From contig NKIW01000011.1 of NCBI GenBank assembly GCA_002256205.1, forward strand, positions 10,055 through 74,054: a stretch of DNA of 64,000 bases. Direction: 5' to 3'. Positions 9,225 through 20,011 of the stretch are shown piece after piece. The notes beneath the pieces are model-generated. The model did no database searches. It saw nothing but the letters and a program-made list of their open reading frames with translations, and was not told the origin of the DNA. The position numbers and the translations under genes were made by a program. Every line of letters begins with the position of its first letter. Position 1 is the stretch's first letter. Source of the DNA: Rhizobiales bacterium PAR1. GTDB lineage: Bacteria > Pseudomonadota > Alphaproteobacteria > Rhizobiales > Beijerinckiaceae.

Positions 9225-10987
9225 ATGCGGCAGGCCCTTCTTGCGCTTCTCGTCGGGATGATCGCGGCGACCTTGGCCTCTATGATCACGAACGACTTCT
9301 ATCTGCGCATCCTCTTTTCCATCGCGACCTATTTCCTCTGTGCCGCCGGGATGAACGTGCTTCTCGGCTATGCCGGGCAGAAATCGCTCGGGCAGGCCGG
9401 ACTTTTCGCCGCGGGAGCCTATACCGCCGCGTTGATGACGACGCGCTGGGGCTTTGGGCCGTGGACGGCGTTTCTCGCGGCAGGCGTGGTCGCAGGGCTT
9501 TTCGGCATCCTGATCGCCCTCCCCTCCTTGCGCGTGAAAGGGCCGAGCCTTGCGATGGTCACACTCGCCTTCGGCATTGTCGTCGAGAAGGTCGTCAGCG
9601 AATTCACCGATCCCTTCGGCGGCGCCATGGGGCTTTACGCTATCCAGCCGCTGACCTGGAAAGGCGCGCCCTTCACCATGCAGCACTGGGTGCTGTTTGC
9701 GATTTTCCTCTCGGTCGTTACGCATATCCTGCTCGCCAACCTGCTGACCGGGCGGTTCGGGCGGGCGTTGCTCTCGCTTCAGGCGGATGAACTGGCGGCG
9801 AGCAGTGTCGGGGTGCCGGTCTATGCCACGAAGGTGCTCGCCTTCGTGATCGCCGCCGTCACCTGCGGCCTCGCGGGGGCGCTGGTGGCGCAGCAGAACC
9901 AGTATCTCAACTCTGATTTCATCTCGTTCCATCTCTCGATCTTCATCATCCTGATGGTGCTGTTCGGTGGCGCGGGTTCGCTTGCAGGGCCGTTCCTTGG
10001 CGCAGTTGTGCTGGTGATCCTCGGCGCCTATCTCGCGCGCTGGAGCTGGCTGGAGCATTTCGTCAACGGCGCGCTGTTGCTCTTCGCGCTCTACGCCATG
10101 CCGAAGGGCCTTGCGGGGCTGTTCCGCCCCAAACCAGCCGCACGCATCGGCGGCGCGCTCGGACAAGCCGTGGATGTCGCCCTGCCGATCCGCCCTCGTG
10201 CATCGGCAAGCGCCGATACCCCGCTTCTCGCCGTCACGGGTATCTCCAAGGCCTATGGCGGCGTGAAGCCGGCGCGCGATGTCTCGTTTTCCCTCACCGA
10301 AGGCCATATTCATGCGTTGATCGGCCCAAATGGCGCGGGCAAGACGACGATGATCAACATGCTCTCGGGTGTGATTACACCGGATGCAGGCACGATCCAT
10401 TTCCTCGGACAGGCGATCGAGGGGCGCGGCACGGAAGACATCGCCCGGCTCGGACTTGCGCGCAGCTTTCAGAATTTGCGCCTCTTCACCGATCTTTCGG
10501 TGCGTGACAATGTGCTGCTCGGCCAGCACTCGCGGATGCAGAACGGCTTTTTCGCCTCACTACTGGCACTGCCTTTCGCGGGCCGCGAGGAGCGGCAAGC
10601 GGAGGCCAAGGTCGCGGCGATCCTCACCTTCTGCGGCCTTTCCGCTCATGCGGATCTTCCTGCAGGAAGCCTGCCTTACGGGCTGCAACGCCGCGTGGAA
10701 CTCGCCCGCGCGCTTGCGCTGGAACCGCGCCTCCTGCTGCTCGATGAACCGGCAGCAGGTCTCAACCCGAGCGAGACCGCGCTCCTCGGCGATCTTCTGG
10801 AAGCCATCCGCCGGCAAGGAATCACAATCCTGATCGTCGAACATCACATGGATCTCGTGATGCGCATCTCGGACCATGTCATCGTGCTCGATTACGGCAC
10901 CAAGATCGCAGAAGGACCACCCGCGAAGGTGCAGGCCGACCCCAAGGTTATCACTGCCTATCTCGGTATCGACGAGGAGGCCGCGTG

Positions 10988-10988
<1 letters not shown>
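9225..10988 (+). CDS. LivM-family permease fused to a LivG-family ATPase
   Basis: N-terminal LLGYAGQKSLGQAG...LRVKGPSLAMVTLAFG; C-terminal Walker A GPNGAGKTT and LLDEPAAG. Confidence 0.92.
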
Positions 10989-11702
<714 letters not shown>

Positions 11703-11710
<8 letters not shown>

Positions 11711-12554
11711 CGCGCTCGATATTTCCACGAAGCCGGAATCCGTCGGGCGCGGCGTTCAGGCGATCGAGGTCGGCGGCAAACTGCTGGCTGCGATGGTAGC
11801 CGCAGGTGCCCCCGCCATGCTGCGCGACATCGCTCTTGCCGCAGGGCTCACTCCCGCGCAGGCCCATGCCTATCTGCGGAGCTTCCGCACTATCGGGCTT
11901 GTGGAGCAGGATGGCGACACCGGGCGTTACGCCCTCGGCCCCTTCGCGCTTCAGCTCGGCATGACACGGCTCAAGAGCTTCGATCCGCTCCGGATGGCGG
12001 GACAAGTGGCAATCACGCTCTCAGGTGAACTCGGATTGATGGTCGCGATCCTCGTCTGGGGGACCTATGGCCCCACCGTAGTGCAGGTGCAGGAAGGGAC
12101 CGATCAGCTTCATGTCAATGTGCGCGCCGGGACGGTTTTCACCCTCTCCGGCACTGCGAGCGGCGCGGTTTTTGCCGCTTTCATGAAGGGTCGCGCGGCG
12201 GCAGAGATGCTCGCCGCCGAACTTCAGGAAGGCTCGCGCACGCAGAAGATCGGCCCGCCCGCCGCGCCAGAAGATGTGGCACAAACCATCCGCGCCGTGC
12301 GGGAACAGGGCTATGCGACCACCGAGGGGCGACCTGTTCCCGGCGTCAACGCTATTTCTGCCCCCGTTTTCGACAGCACCGGGCAAATCCAGCTCGCGCT
12401 GACGTTGATTGGCCCGGCAGCGGCACTCCCGCTGGAGGCAGGAAATCCCTTCGTTCTCCGCCTCATGGAAGCCACCCGTCAGCTTTCGCAACACCTGGGT
12501 TGGGCGGGCGAGGTCTTGCCCGAACGTTCCCCCCTCAAAAGGAAAACCGCATGA
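11703..12554 (+). CDS. IclR-family transcriptional regulator
   Basis: Start ATG 11703; GVQAIEVG..LL HTH, YALGP, G-N-I-S-APVFD..G effector-domain motif. Confidence 0.92.
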
Positions 12555-13330
12555 TCACGGCCTGGGAAGAAAAAGTCGGCGATCTGCTGGCCGGGCAGCT
12601 AGCGCTTGTAACCGGGGCCGGGCAAGGCAATGGCGCGGCGATTGCGCGCGGCCTCGCCCGCCACGGCTCGGGCGTGATCGTGACCGATATCAACGCCGAC
12701 ACCGTCGCCGAAACCGCGAAGTCCATCCGCGATGCAGGCGGAAAAGCCTGGTCATTTGTGCTCGATGTGGCAGATCCCGCAGCCTGCGAAGCGCTGGCGT
12801 CCCGCGTCGAAAAGGAGATCGGGCAAGTCTCGATCCTCATCAACAATGCTGGCATCTGCCCGCGTCATACCATTGACGATCCTAACCTGCGTGCCGCCTG
12901 GGACAGCGTGATGTCGGTCAATGTTGACGGGACGCTGAATACCGCACTCGCCTTCGTCGCGCAGTTGCGCGCAACGAAAGGCGCCATCGTCAATACGGCC
13001 TCCATCGCGGCCTATGTTTCGACCGCAACCTCAGTAGGCTATTCTGCGTCGAAAGCCGCTGTGCGGCTCCTAACCCAGAACCTCGCGCAGGAACTCGCGA
13101 AGGATGGCGTGCGTGTGAACGCCATCGCCCCCGGCCCCTTCATCACCGCGATGACCGCGCCGACGCGCGAAAACCCGGAGCGCAGCGCGAGCTTCCTCTC
13201 GCGTATCCCGATGGGGCGCTATGGCGAGCCGGATGAACTCGTCGGGCCGATCCTTTTTCTCGTCTCGCCGATGGCGAGCTACATCACCGGCACGACGCTG
13301 GCCATCGATGGCGGCTATCTCGCCGTTTGA
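12551..13330 (+). CDS. Short-chain dehydrogenase/reductase (classical SDR)
   Basis: TGAGQGNG, NNAG, YSASK catalytic motif, VNAIAPG, DGGY. Confidence 0.95.
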   Translation: MITAWEEKVGDLLAGQLALVTGAGQGNGAAIARGLARHGSGVIVTDINADTVAETAKSIRDAGGKAWSFVLDVADPAACEALASRVEKEIGQVSILINNAGICPRHTIDDPNLRAAWDSVMSVNVDGTLNTALAFVAQLRATKGAIVNTASIAAYVSTATSVGYSASKAAVRLLTQNLAQELAKDGVRVNAIAPGPFITAMTAPTRENPERSASFLSRIPMGRYGEPDELVGPILFLVSPMASYITGTTLAIDGGYLAV

Positions 13331-13381
13331 CCTCTTTTTGCCGCCCGTCGGGCTGGTGAGCACCAAGACAAGAGAACCGTT

Positions 13382-15082
13382 ATGAGCGACACCATCAAAA
13401 CCGTCACCACCGATGTTCTCGTCGTCGGCTCCGGCGCAGGTGGGCTTTCCGCCGCCGTCACCGCCGCACATCGCGGGCTGGAGGTGATCGTCGCGGAGAA
13501 GGATGCTGTTTATGGCGGCACCACCGCCCGCTCCGGTGGCTGGCTGTGGATTCCGGTCAACCCGCACGCGCAAGCCGCGGGGATGCCAGATTCAAAGGAA
13601 GCCGCCCGGCGCTACCTCCAGCACGAGGCGGGCAACCAGTTCAACGCCGAGACAGTCGATGCCTTCCTCGACAACGGCCCGAAGGCGGTGGCGTTCTTCG
13701 AGAAGAATACCGCCCTGCAGTTCGATCTAGGGCCTGGATTTTCCGATTACCACCCCGAGGCACCCGGCGCCGTCAATGGCGGACGCTCGATTGTAGCCCA
13801 AGCCTTCGACGCGCGTGCACTTGGAGAGGAGGTCAAGCGGCTCAGACCGCCGCTGAAAGAGATCACCTTCGTCGGCATGATGATCGGCTCGCAGCGCGAA
13901 TTGCTGCATTTCTTCAACGTAACGCGCTCGATCAAATCGGCGGGCTATGTCGCGCTGCTTCTGGCGAAATACATCCGCGATCTCGCCTTTCATGGCCGTG
14001 CAATGCGGCTCACGAATGGCAGCGCGCTGGCGGGAAGGCTCGCCAAATCCGCCTTCGATAAAGGGGTGAAAATCTGGACTTCCGCGCCGGTCGTCGAAAT
14101 ACTGCGCGAGGGTGAAGCGGTCATCGGCGCGATTGTCGAGACGCCGGAAGGCCGCTTGCGGGTTGAAACACGCAAGGGCGTGGTGCTCGCAGCGGGCGGC
14201 TTTCCGCAGGATATCGCGCGCCGCAAAGCGAGTTTCCCGCATGCGCCGACGGGTAAGGAGCATTGGTCTCCCGCGCCAGAGACCAACACCGGTGATGGTT
14301 TGCGCCTCGGCGAGAGTGTCGGTGGCGGGGCGGTCGAGGGGTATCCGAATGCCGCCGCCTGGGTTCCCGTCTCGCTCGTGCCGCGCGGCGATGGCACCAA
14401 CGGCGTCTTCCCGCATTTCATCGATCGCGGCAAACCGGGTGTGATCGCTGTGCTCCGCGACGGCAAGCGCTTCGTCAACGAAGGCAATTCCTACCACGAC
14501 TTCATTCAGGCGATGGTGGCGAAAACCCCGGCCGGCCAGCCGCCGGTCGCCTGGCTGATCGCGGATCATCCCACGCTCCGGCGCTATGGCATCGGTCATG
14601 TGAAGCCGTTTCCGGTGCCGCTCTCGGGCGCACTGAAATCCGGCTACCTCACGCGCGGGGCAACCCTCGCCGAACTCGCGGGGAAGATCGGCATAGACGC
14701 GAAGAATTTCGAAGCCACCATTGCGCGCGTCAACGAGACCGCCGCACGCGGCGAAGACCCGGACTTCGGCAAGGGCGGGAATGCCTACAACCGCTACCTC
14801 GGTGATGCCACCGTGAAACCCAACCCCTGCATCGGACCGGTGGCAAAGGGGCCGTTCTATGCGGTGAAGGTCGTACCGGGTGATCTCGGCACCTTCGCGG
14901 GCCTCGTCACCAACGGCGAGGGACAAGTGCTCGACGAGGCGAAAGCGCCGATCCGGGGGCTCTACGCGTCCGGTAACGACATGGCCTCGATCATGGGCGG
15001 CAATTATCCCGGCGGCGGGATTACCCTCGGCCCGGCATTGACCTTCGGCTATATCATCGGCAATCACCTCGCAGACGCATGA
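13382..15082 (+). CDS. FAD-dependent oxidoreductase, 3-ketosteroid delta-1-dehydrogenase (KstD)-like family
   Basis: GSGAGG, GGTTARSGGWLWIP, SDYHPE, RFVNEG.SYHDF, GDLGT, C-terminal NYPGGGITLGPA. Confidence 0.85.
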   Translation: MSDTIKTVTTDVLVVGSGAGGLSAAVTAAHRGLEVIVAEKDAVYGGTTARSGGWLWIPVNPHAQAAGMPDSKEAARRYLQHEAGNQFNAETVDAFLDNGPKAVAFFEKNTALQFDLGPGFSDYHPEAPGAVNGGRSIVAQAFDARALGEEVKRLRPPLKEITFVGMMIGSQRELLHFFNVTRSIKSAGYVALLLAKYIRDLAFHGRAMRLTNGSALAGRLAKSAFDKGVKIWTSAPVVEILREGEAVIGAIVETPEGRLRVETRKGVVLAAGGFPQDIARRKASFPHAPTGKEHWSPAPETNTGDGLRLGESVGGGAVEGYPNAAAWVPVSLVPRGDGTNGVFPHFIDRGKPGVIAVLRDGKRFVNEGNSYHDFIQAMVAKTPAGQPPVAWLIADHPTLRRYGIGHVKPFPVPLSGALKSGYLTRGATLAELAGKIGIDAKNFEATIARVNETAARGEDPDFGKGGNAYNRYLGDATVKPNPCIGPVAKGPFYAVKVVPGDLGTFAGLVTNGEGQVLDEAKAPIRGLYASGNDMASIMGGNYPGGGITLGPALTFGYIIGNHLADA

Positions 15083-15116
15083 AGCCCCCGGAGATATCCC
15101 GTTGAACCCGCCCAAA

Positions 15117-15521
15117 ATGCCCGAGAGCTATCCGTTCTGGACCATGGACAAGATCCGCTACGGCGACACCGACAAGCTTGGCCATGTCAACAACGCGGTC
15201 TTCGCAACCTTCCTCGAAACCGGGCGGGTCGATATGCTCTGCCATCCGACCATGTCGCTGAACGACCCCGGTACGGCCTATGTGCTGGCACGCCTCGCTT
15301 GCGATTTTCACGGCGAGGTGGTCTGGCCCGGCGAAGTGAAGATCGGCACGCGCATCGCGTCGATCGGGCGCTCCTCGCTCCAGTTGCAACAGCTCGTGCT
15401 GCAAAACGATGTCGCAGTCGCCAGTGGTGAAACCGTGCTGGTGCAGATGGATGAGACAACGCGAAAATCGCGCTCTTTCTCACCGGAACTGCGCGAGATG
15501 CTCGAAAAAATGGTGAAGTAG
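15117..15521 (+). CDS. Acyl-CoA thioesterase (4-hydroxybenzoyl-CoA thioesterase/YbgC hot-dog family)
   Basis: RYGDTDKLGHVNNAVFATFLETGR motif. Start may be 15102 or 15117. Confidence 0.9.
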   Translation: MPESYPFWTMDKIRYGDTDKLGHVNNAVFATFLETGRVDMLCHPTMSLNDPGTAYVLARLACDFHGEVVWPGEVKIGTRIASIGRSSLQLQQLVLQNDVAVASGETVLVQMDETTRKSRSFSPELREMLEKMVK

Positions 15522-15544
15522 AGGCCCGGCGCAAAGGCCGATGA

Positions 15545-15862
15545 TCATTGCATCGGCGAGAAGAACGCCGGTTTGACGATCTTGTTTTCCATCTTCTCGA
15601 TATAGGCGCCCGTCTTCGGGATGAAGGCCAGCCAATCGGGGTCGGCGTAGAGCTTTTCACGGCGCTGCTCGCGCTCGGCGTGGCTCTCATAACGCCACAT
15701 CATCATGATCTGGTTGAGCGCGCCGACCTCGGTATAGAACCAGCCGACCGAGGGGCCGAGATAGCGGCAGTGAATCTCGAAGCCCTCCTGATGATAGAAC
15801 TTCAGGTAATCCTGCAGAAGGCCCGGCTTGATCGTGTAGGTGCGGATTTCAAAAATCGCCAT
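15545..15862 (-). CDS. NIPSNAP family protein
   Basis: IFEIRTYTIKPG...GALNQIMMMWRYES..ERE.RR..L..DPDW pattern; 105 aa. Confidence 0.9.
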   Translation of the reverse strand: MAIFEIRTYTIKPGLLQDYLKFYHQEGFEIHCRYLGPSVGWFYTEVGALNQIMMMWRYESHAEREQRREKLYADPDWLAFIPKTGAYIEKMENKIVKPAFFSPMQ

Positions 15863-15864
15863 TT

Positions 15865-17265
15865 TCAGCTCCTTGCGCCAAGGTAGCGCGGCAGATAGCG
15901 CCCCTTGCCAATCGCGCTCTCCATCAGCGCGCCATCGCGCAGGATGAAATCGCCACGGAGCACGGTATGCACGACGCGGCCCTTGAATTTCATCCCATCG
16001 TAAAGCGAATAACCGGCGCTGGATCGGAGATCATCAAGCGAGAGAACCCAGTCGACGGCAAGGTCCACCACCGCGAAATCAGCGTCGCGCCCCACGGCAA
16101 TCGCGCCCTTGGCATGGGCGAGTCCCATGGCGTTGGCGGCGTTGGTTGAGGTGAGTTCAGCGATGCGCTTGAGCGGCATTCCGCGCTTGTGATGCCCCTC
16201 AGTAAGCATCACCGGCAGCATGGTCTCCAGCCCCGGACAGCCGGGCGAAGCATCCCAGACCGAACCTGACTTGCTTGAGACATCGCGGTGGATGTGGTCG
16301 GTGCCGATGATATCGACGTGGCCATCAAGAATGCCTTGCCAGAGAGCATCGCAGTCCCTGCGGCTCCTGAGCGGTGGGTTGATCTTGCCGACATTCCCGC
16401 GACCCCAATCCTCATCGTGGGTGAGGTAATGCGGGCAGGTCTCGATACTGATCGCCGCGCCAGCGTTACGCTGCATCACGCCGGCCTCCAGCGCGGCGGC
16501 GGACGAGGTATGGACAATATGAATACGTGCGCCGTTCACCCGCGCGAGATAGGCGGCGCGCTGCACCGCATCGGCCTCGACGAAATCGGGGCGCGAGGCA
16601 TTCCAGGTTTTCAGCCCACCCTTGCCCTCGGGATCGCGCGCCTTCTCGCGGTTGCGTAACACCCAGGCGATTTCAATCGTCTCCGGATGCGGGCAAACAA
16701 CGCCGTTTGATGCAGCGGCCGCCTCACAGAGCCGGAAGAGGAAGCCGTCGTCGATATCCGGCAAGCCGAGGCGCGCGCCCTCGCCGCCCCGGTTGTTCAT
16801 GAAAATCTTGAACGAGGGCACGCCATAGCGCGCAGCGTAATCCGCTACACCCGCAAGCTGCGGCTCGGTAGAGATCACGAAATGATAGCCAAAATCAATG
16901 CGGCTTCCGGCTTCCGTGACCGCTTTCACGTCATCGAACAAGGTGTCGAAAGGCTCGGTCGCCATGAGGTAGGGGATGAAGGAGGTCACCCCACCGACCG
17001 CCGCCGCCGCCGTTTCCTGCGCAGCATCGCCTGCCACACGCGGGCGGGAAATATCCTTGCCGTGGCCGAGGTGGAGATGCGGATCAATCAAACCCGGCAA
17101 AACGACAAGGCCCGAGAGATCAATACGCTCGACCGGGGAACTTCCTGCATCGTAGGCCCCCAGCGCGATGATCTTGCCGCCTTTTGTGACGATATCACAC
17201 ACGGCGGGCTCACGATCCGGCAGCACAACCAGCCCGCCGGAAAAAAGGATGATCGGCTCGCTCAT
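15865..17265 (-). CDS. Cyclic amidohydrolase (dihydroorotase/allantoinase/hydantoinase family)
   Basis: PGLIDPHLH (HxH), SFKIFM (carbamylated Lys), HPE, HIVHTSS, ETCPHYL, KINPPLR, GTDH. Confidence 0.9.
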   Translation of the reverse strand: MSEPIILFSGGLVVLPDREPAVCDIVTKGGKIIALGAYDAGSSPVERIDLSGLVVLPGLIDPHLHLGHGKDISRPRVAGDAAQETAAAAVGGVTSFIPYLMATEPFDTLFDDVKAVTEAGSRIDFGYHFVISTEPQLAGVADYAARYGVPSFKIFMNNRGGEGARLGLPDIDDGFLFRLCEAAAASNGVVCPHPETIEIAWVLRNREKARDPEGKGGLKTWNASRPDFVEADAVQRAAYLARVNGARIHIVHTSSAAALEAGVMQRNAGAAISIETCPHYLTHDEDWGRGNVGKINPPLRSRRDCDALWQGILDGHVDIIGTDHIHRDVSSKSGSVWDASPGCPGLETMLPVMLTEGHHKRGMPLKRIAELTSTNAANAMGLAHAKGAIAVGRDADFAVVDLAVDWVLSLDDLRSSAGYSLYDGMKFKGRVVHTVLRGDFILRDGALMESAIGKGRYLPRYLGARS

Positions 17266-18644
17266 GGTGAACTCCCTTGTTGCGCCCCGGTGGCAAGCGC
17301 CTCGGCAAGAGGCGAAAAATCACACGCACCGGTCACGAGAAAGAAGGTTTCAAGCGCCTGAATGGCCGTGACGGGTAGCTGCCGCGCCGCATTGGCGCGG
17401 AATTTCGCCAGAACATCGATCTCATTGGCCGGGCGGCTCGCATTGCCGAACACATCATCGATGCGCGCCGACAAGGTGCGGCCATCGGCAAGGTGACAGA
17501 GAATTTCCGCCTCGAAGGCTTGCGGAAAGCGGTTCGGCTCCAATGGCTCCCAGCGGCTCTTTGCCGCAAGCGCAAGCACGGCTGGAAAAGCCTTTGCCGC
17601 GAAGGTATCGAGATCAACCTTGCCATCGATGAAGCGCGCGGCCACCGCAATCGGCAGGCTCCAACGCGCTGCATGGCCATCCGGTGGGTCAAGCTTGTCC
17701 GACCATGGCTCGCACACAATCGGCGCCGCACCGGGCGCGATGCGCAAAACCAGTTCGGAAATCCCGGTCGGATCGCGGATCTCACCCGCAAGCTTGCCAG
17801 CCGCTTCGACGAACGGGTGGAGATAATGACAACAGGGCAGGAATTTGAACGCGACATCCGCCATGTGCCAGGTCGAGCCCAAATCTGCCAGGAGCGCAGC
17901 AAGTCGCGCAGGAGCGGCATCATCGCGCGCAAACGCAGCAAACAGCCCGCGCGTACCTTCAATGGCGGTCTCCGGCCCCGTCAGGCCCGCGATTGCGAGC
18001 CGCGCGGCAAGAATACCGGCATGGGCCGCCCAACCGGGGTGCATGGATTTGACCGAGGAGCCGTTCGAGAGAAACTCGAAAACACCCGAAGCCTGACTGA
18101 GCGCAATGCCCATGGCATGAACGCTCGCGTCCTCATCAGCACCCATCAGTTCCGCCGCCATCAGCGCCGCGACGAGCGACCCCGCGACCGAGGTGATCTG
18201 GAAACCGTTGCGCTGGAAGCCACCTTGCGCCGCAAGCCCGATGCGGATCAGCACCTCATAGCCAAGAATATAGGCCCGGAGTGCAGCCTCTGGCGCAACC
18301 GCACGATCCTGCGCCACGGCAAGCACGGTCGGCACCAGCACCGCGCTGCCATGGACGATGGAACCGGTATGGGTGTCATCAAATTCGAGCGAATGAATGA
18401 GCCCGCCATTCACCAGCGCCGCATCGGCCGCACTCGCGAGAGTACCGCCATTGAGCAGGCTGATCTTGCCTTCTCCTCCAGCAGAAAAGCGCCGGTAGGG
18501 CTCGCCCTGCGGGGTGGAACTCGCGGCGACACCAACGCCGACAATGTCGAGCATATGCAGCCGAGCCGCCGCGCACACCGCATCTGGAATCGGCGCATCC
18601 CTGAGGTTCCGCCAGCGCCGGACGATGTTCCGCGAGAGGGTCAC
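17262..18644 (-). CDS. MmgE/PrpD family protein (copy B)
   Basis: Start re-called to GTG 18644 (GTGA overlap with upstream gene); NGGLIHSLEFDDTH, HGSAV, KSMHPGWAA, FKFLPCCHYLH. Confidence 0.9.
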   Translation of the reverse strand: MTLSRNIVRRWRNLRDAPIPDAVCAAARLHMLDIVGVGVAASSTPQGEPYRRFSAGGEGKISLLNGGTLASAADAALVNGGLIHSLEFDDTHTGSIVHGSAVLVPTVLAVAQDRAVAPEAALRAYILGYEVLIRIGLAAQGGFQRNGFQITSVAGSLVAALMAAELMGADEDASVHAMGIALSQASGVFEFLSNGSSVKSMHPGWAAHAGILAARLAIAGLTGPETAIEGTRGLFAAFARDDAAPARLAALLADLGSTWHMADVAFKFLPCCHYLHPFVEAAGKLAGEIRDPTGISELVLRIAPGAAPIVCEPWSDKLDPPDGHAARWSLPIAVAARFIDGKVDLDTFAAKAFPAVLALAAKSRWEPLEPNRFPQAFEAEILCHLADGRTLSARIDDVFGNASRPANEIDVLAKFRANAARQLPVTAIQALETFFLVTGACDFSPLAEALATGAQQGSSP

Positions 18645-20011
18645 GCGGCTATCCCCCCGATTTCGCTGGCGGCCGTCAATCCCGCGAGGCGCCCAAGCGC
18701 GATTGCTGTGAGCAGCCCGTTGCCGGAAGCATAACCCAACGCGCCCGCCTTGCCGGAAATGCCCGCTGCCGCGCCGCCGCCCGCAAAAAGACCGGGAACC
18801 GGCGTGCCATCGGTGCAGAGCACGCGCGCATTGCCATCCACACGAAGTCCACCCTGTGTATGGAAGAGGCCCGGCACGACACGACAACCGTAGAATGGCC
18901 CCTTGAGCGCGCCGAGGCCAAAATTGGAGCGCCCGAAAGTGTCCTTTGCCTCGCCATTTGCCGCGAGATTGTAGGCCTCCACAGCATGCACGAGTTCCGT
19001 GCCATCCAGCTCGAACATCGCGGCGAGTTCGGGAAGCGTTTCCGCCTTTTTCACCCCGCCGTAGCGGACGAGTTCCATGAACTCTTCTTCAAGCGCGGCA
19101 ACCTCGAAAATCTTCTGATCGAACACTGCAAAGGCGTATTCGCCCTGCTCAAGCACGACGCGGGCATAGCCGGAGTAGCCCAGACTCTCGTCGCCGAAGC
19201 GCTTCGCATCGGCCCCGACAAGAATGCCGCCCTTCTCCATCGTGGTCCAAGACAGGAGGCTCCCGTGCGGATAAGCCACCGCTGCATAGCCCTGATAGGC
19301 GCCCATATTGGCAAGCGCTGCGCCGATCTTCAGGCCCCAGCGCACCGCTTCACCATGCGAGCCGAGCGCGCCGAAATACTGCGCACCCGCGATTTCTGGG
19401 CAATATTGCTTCACGAGCGTGGGATCGGCGGCAAAGCCATTGACCGCAAGGATGGTCTTTTGCGCGCGGATTTCAAACGCTCCTTCGCCCGCATTGACCC
19501 GCGCGCCGAGAACCGTGCCGTTCTCGACAATCAAGTCTTCCACCGCATTGCCGACTGCGAGCGGGATTTCACGTTTGGCAATCGCTGCGAGAAAATCATC
19601 GACAAGGTCCTGCCCGCGCCGCGAGACCGGTGCATGCAGCCGCTGGATCGAATGCCCGATGTGCTTGTAGGCCGTGATCAGCACGATGCGCGCGCCCACC
19701 GTATCAACGAGCCACTCCACGGTTTCGGCAGAAACCTCGGCCATGCGCCGGACAAGCGCGAGATCCTCGGTCTCCTTGGCGATGCCCATCAGATCCGCGA
19801 CCATTTTTTCAGGCGAATCCGTAAGGCCTGCTTCGCGCTGAAAACGCGAGTTCGCCGCCGGAACCGAGCCTGTCGAAAGCGAGGAATTGCCGCCGGGGCG
19901 CTCACGCTTCTCGACAATCGCCACCGAAGCGCCAGCGTCATGCGCGGCGATTGCCGCGGCGAGCCCGCAGGCGCCCGCGCCGATCACGAGGACATCGACG
20001 TCGAAATTCAT
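18641..20011 (-). CDS. FAD-dependent oxidoreductase (fumarate reductase/TcuA flavoprotein-like, FAD_binding_2)
   Basis: GAGACG, GGNSSLSTG, KRFGDE, FHTQGG, GLFAGG, GYASGNGLLTA. Confidence 0.85.
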   Translation of the reverse strand: MNFDVDVLVIGAGACGLAAAIAAHDAGASVAIVEKRERPGGNSSLSTGSVPAANSRFQREAGLTDSPEKMVADLMGIAKETEDLALVRRMAEVSAETVEWLVDTVGARIVLITAYKHIGHSIQRLHAPVSRRGQDLVDDFLAAIAKREIPLAVGNAVEDLIVENGTVLGARVNAGEGAFEIRAQKTILAVNGFAADPTLVKQYCPEIAGAQYFGALGSHGEAVRWGLKIGAALANMGAYQGYAAVAYPHGSLLSWTTMEKGGILVGADAKRFGDESLGYSGYARVVLEQGEYAFAVFDQKIFEVAALEEEFMELVRYGGVKKAETLPELAAMFELDGTELVHAVEAYNLAANGEAKDTFGRSNFGLGALKGPFYGCRVVPGLFHTQGGLRVDGNARVLCTDGTPVPGLFAGGGAAAGISGKAGALGYASGNGLLTAIALGRLAGLTAASEIGGIAA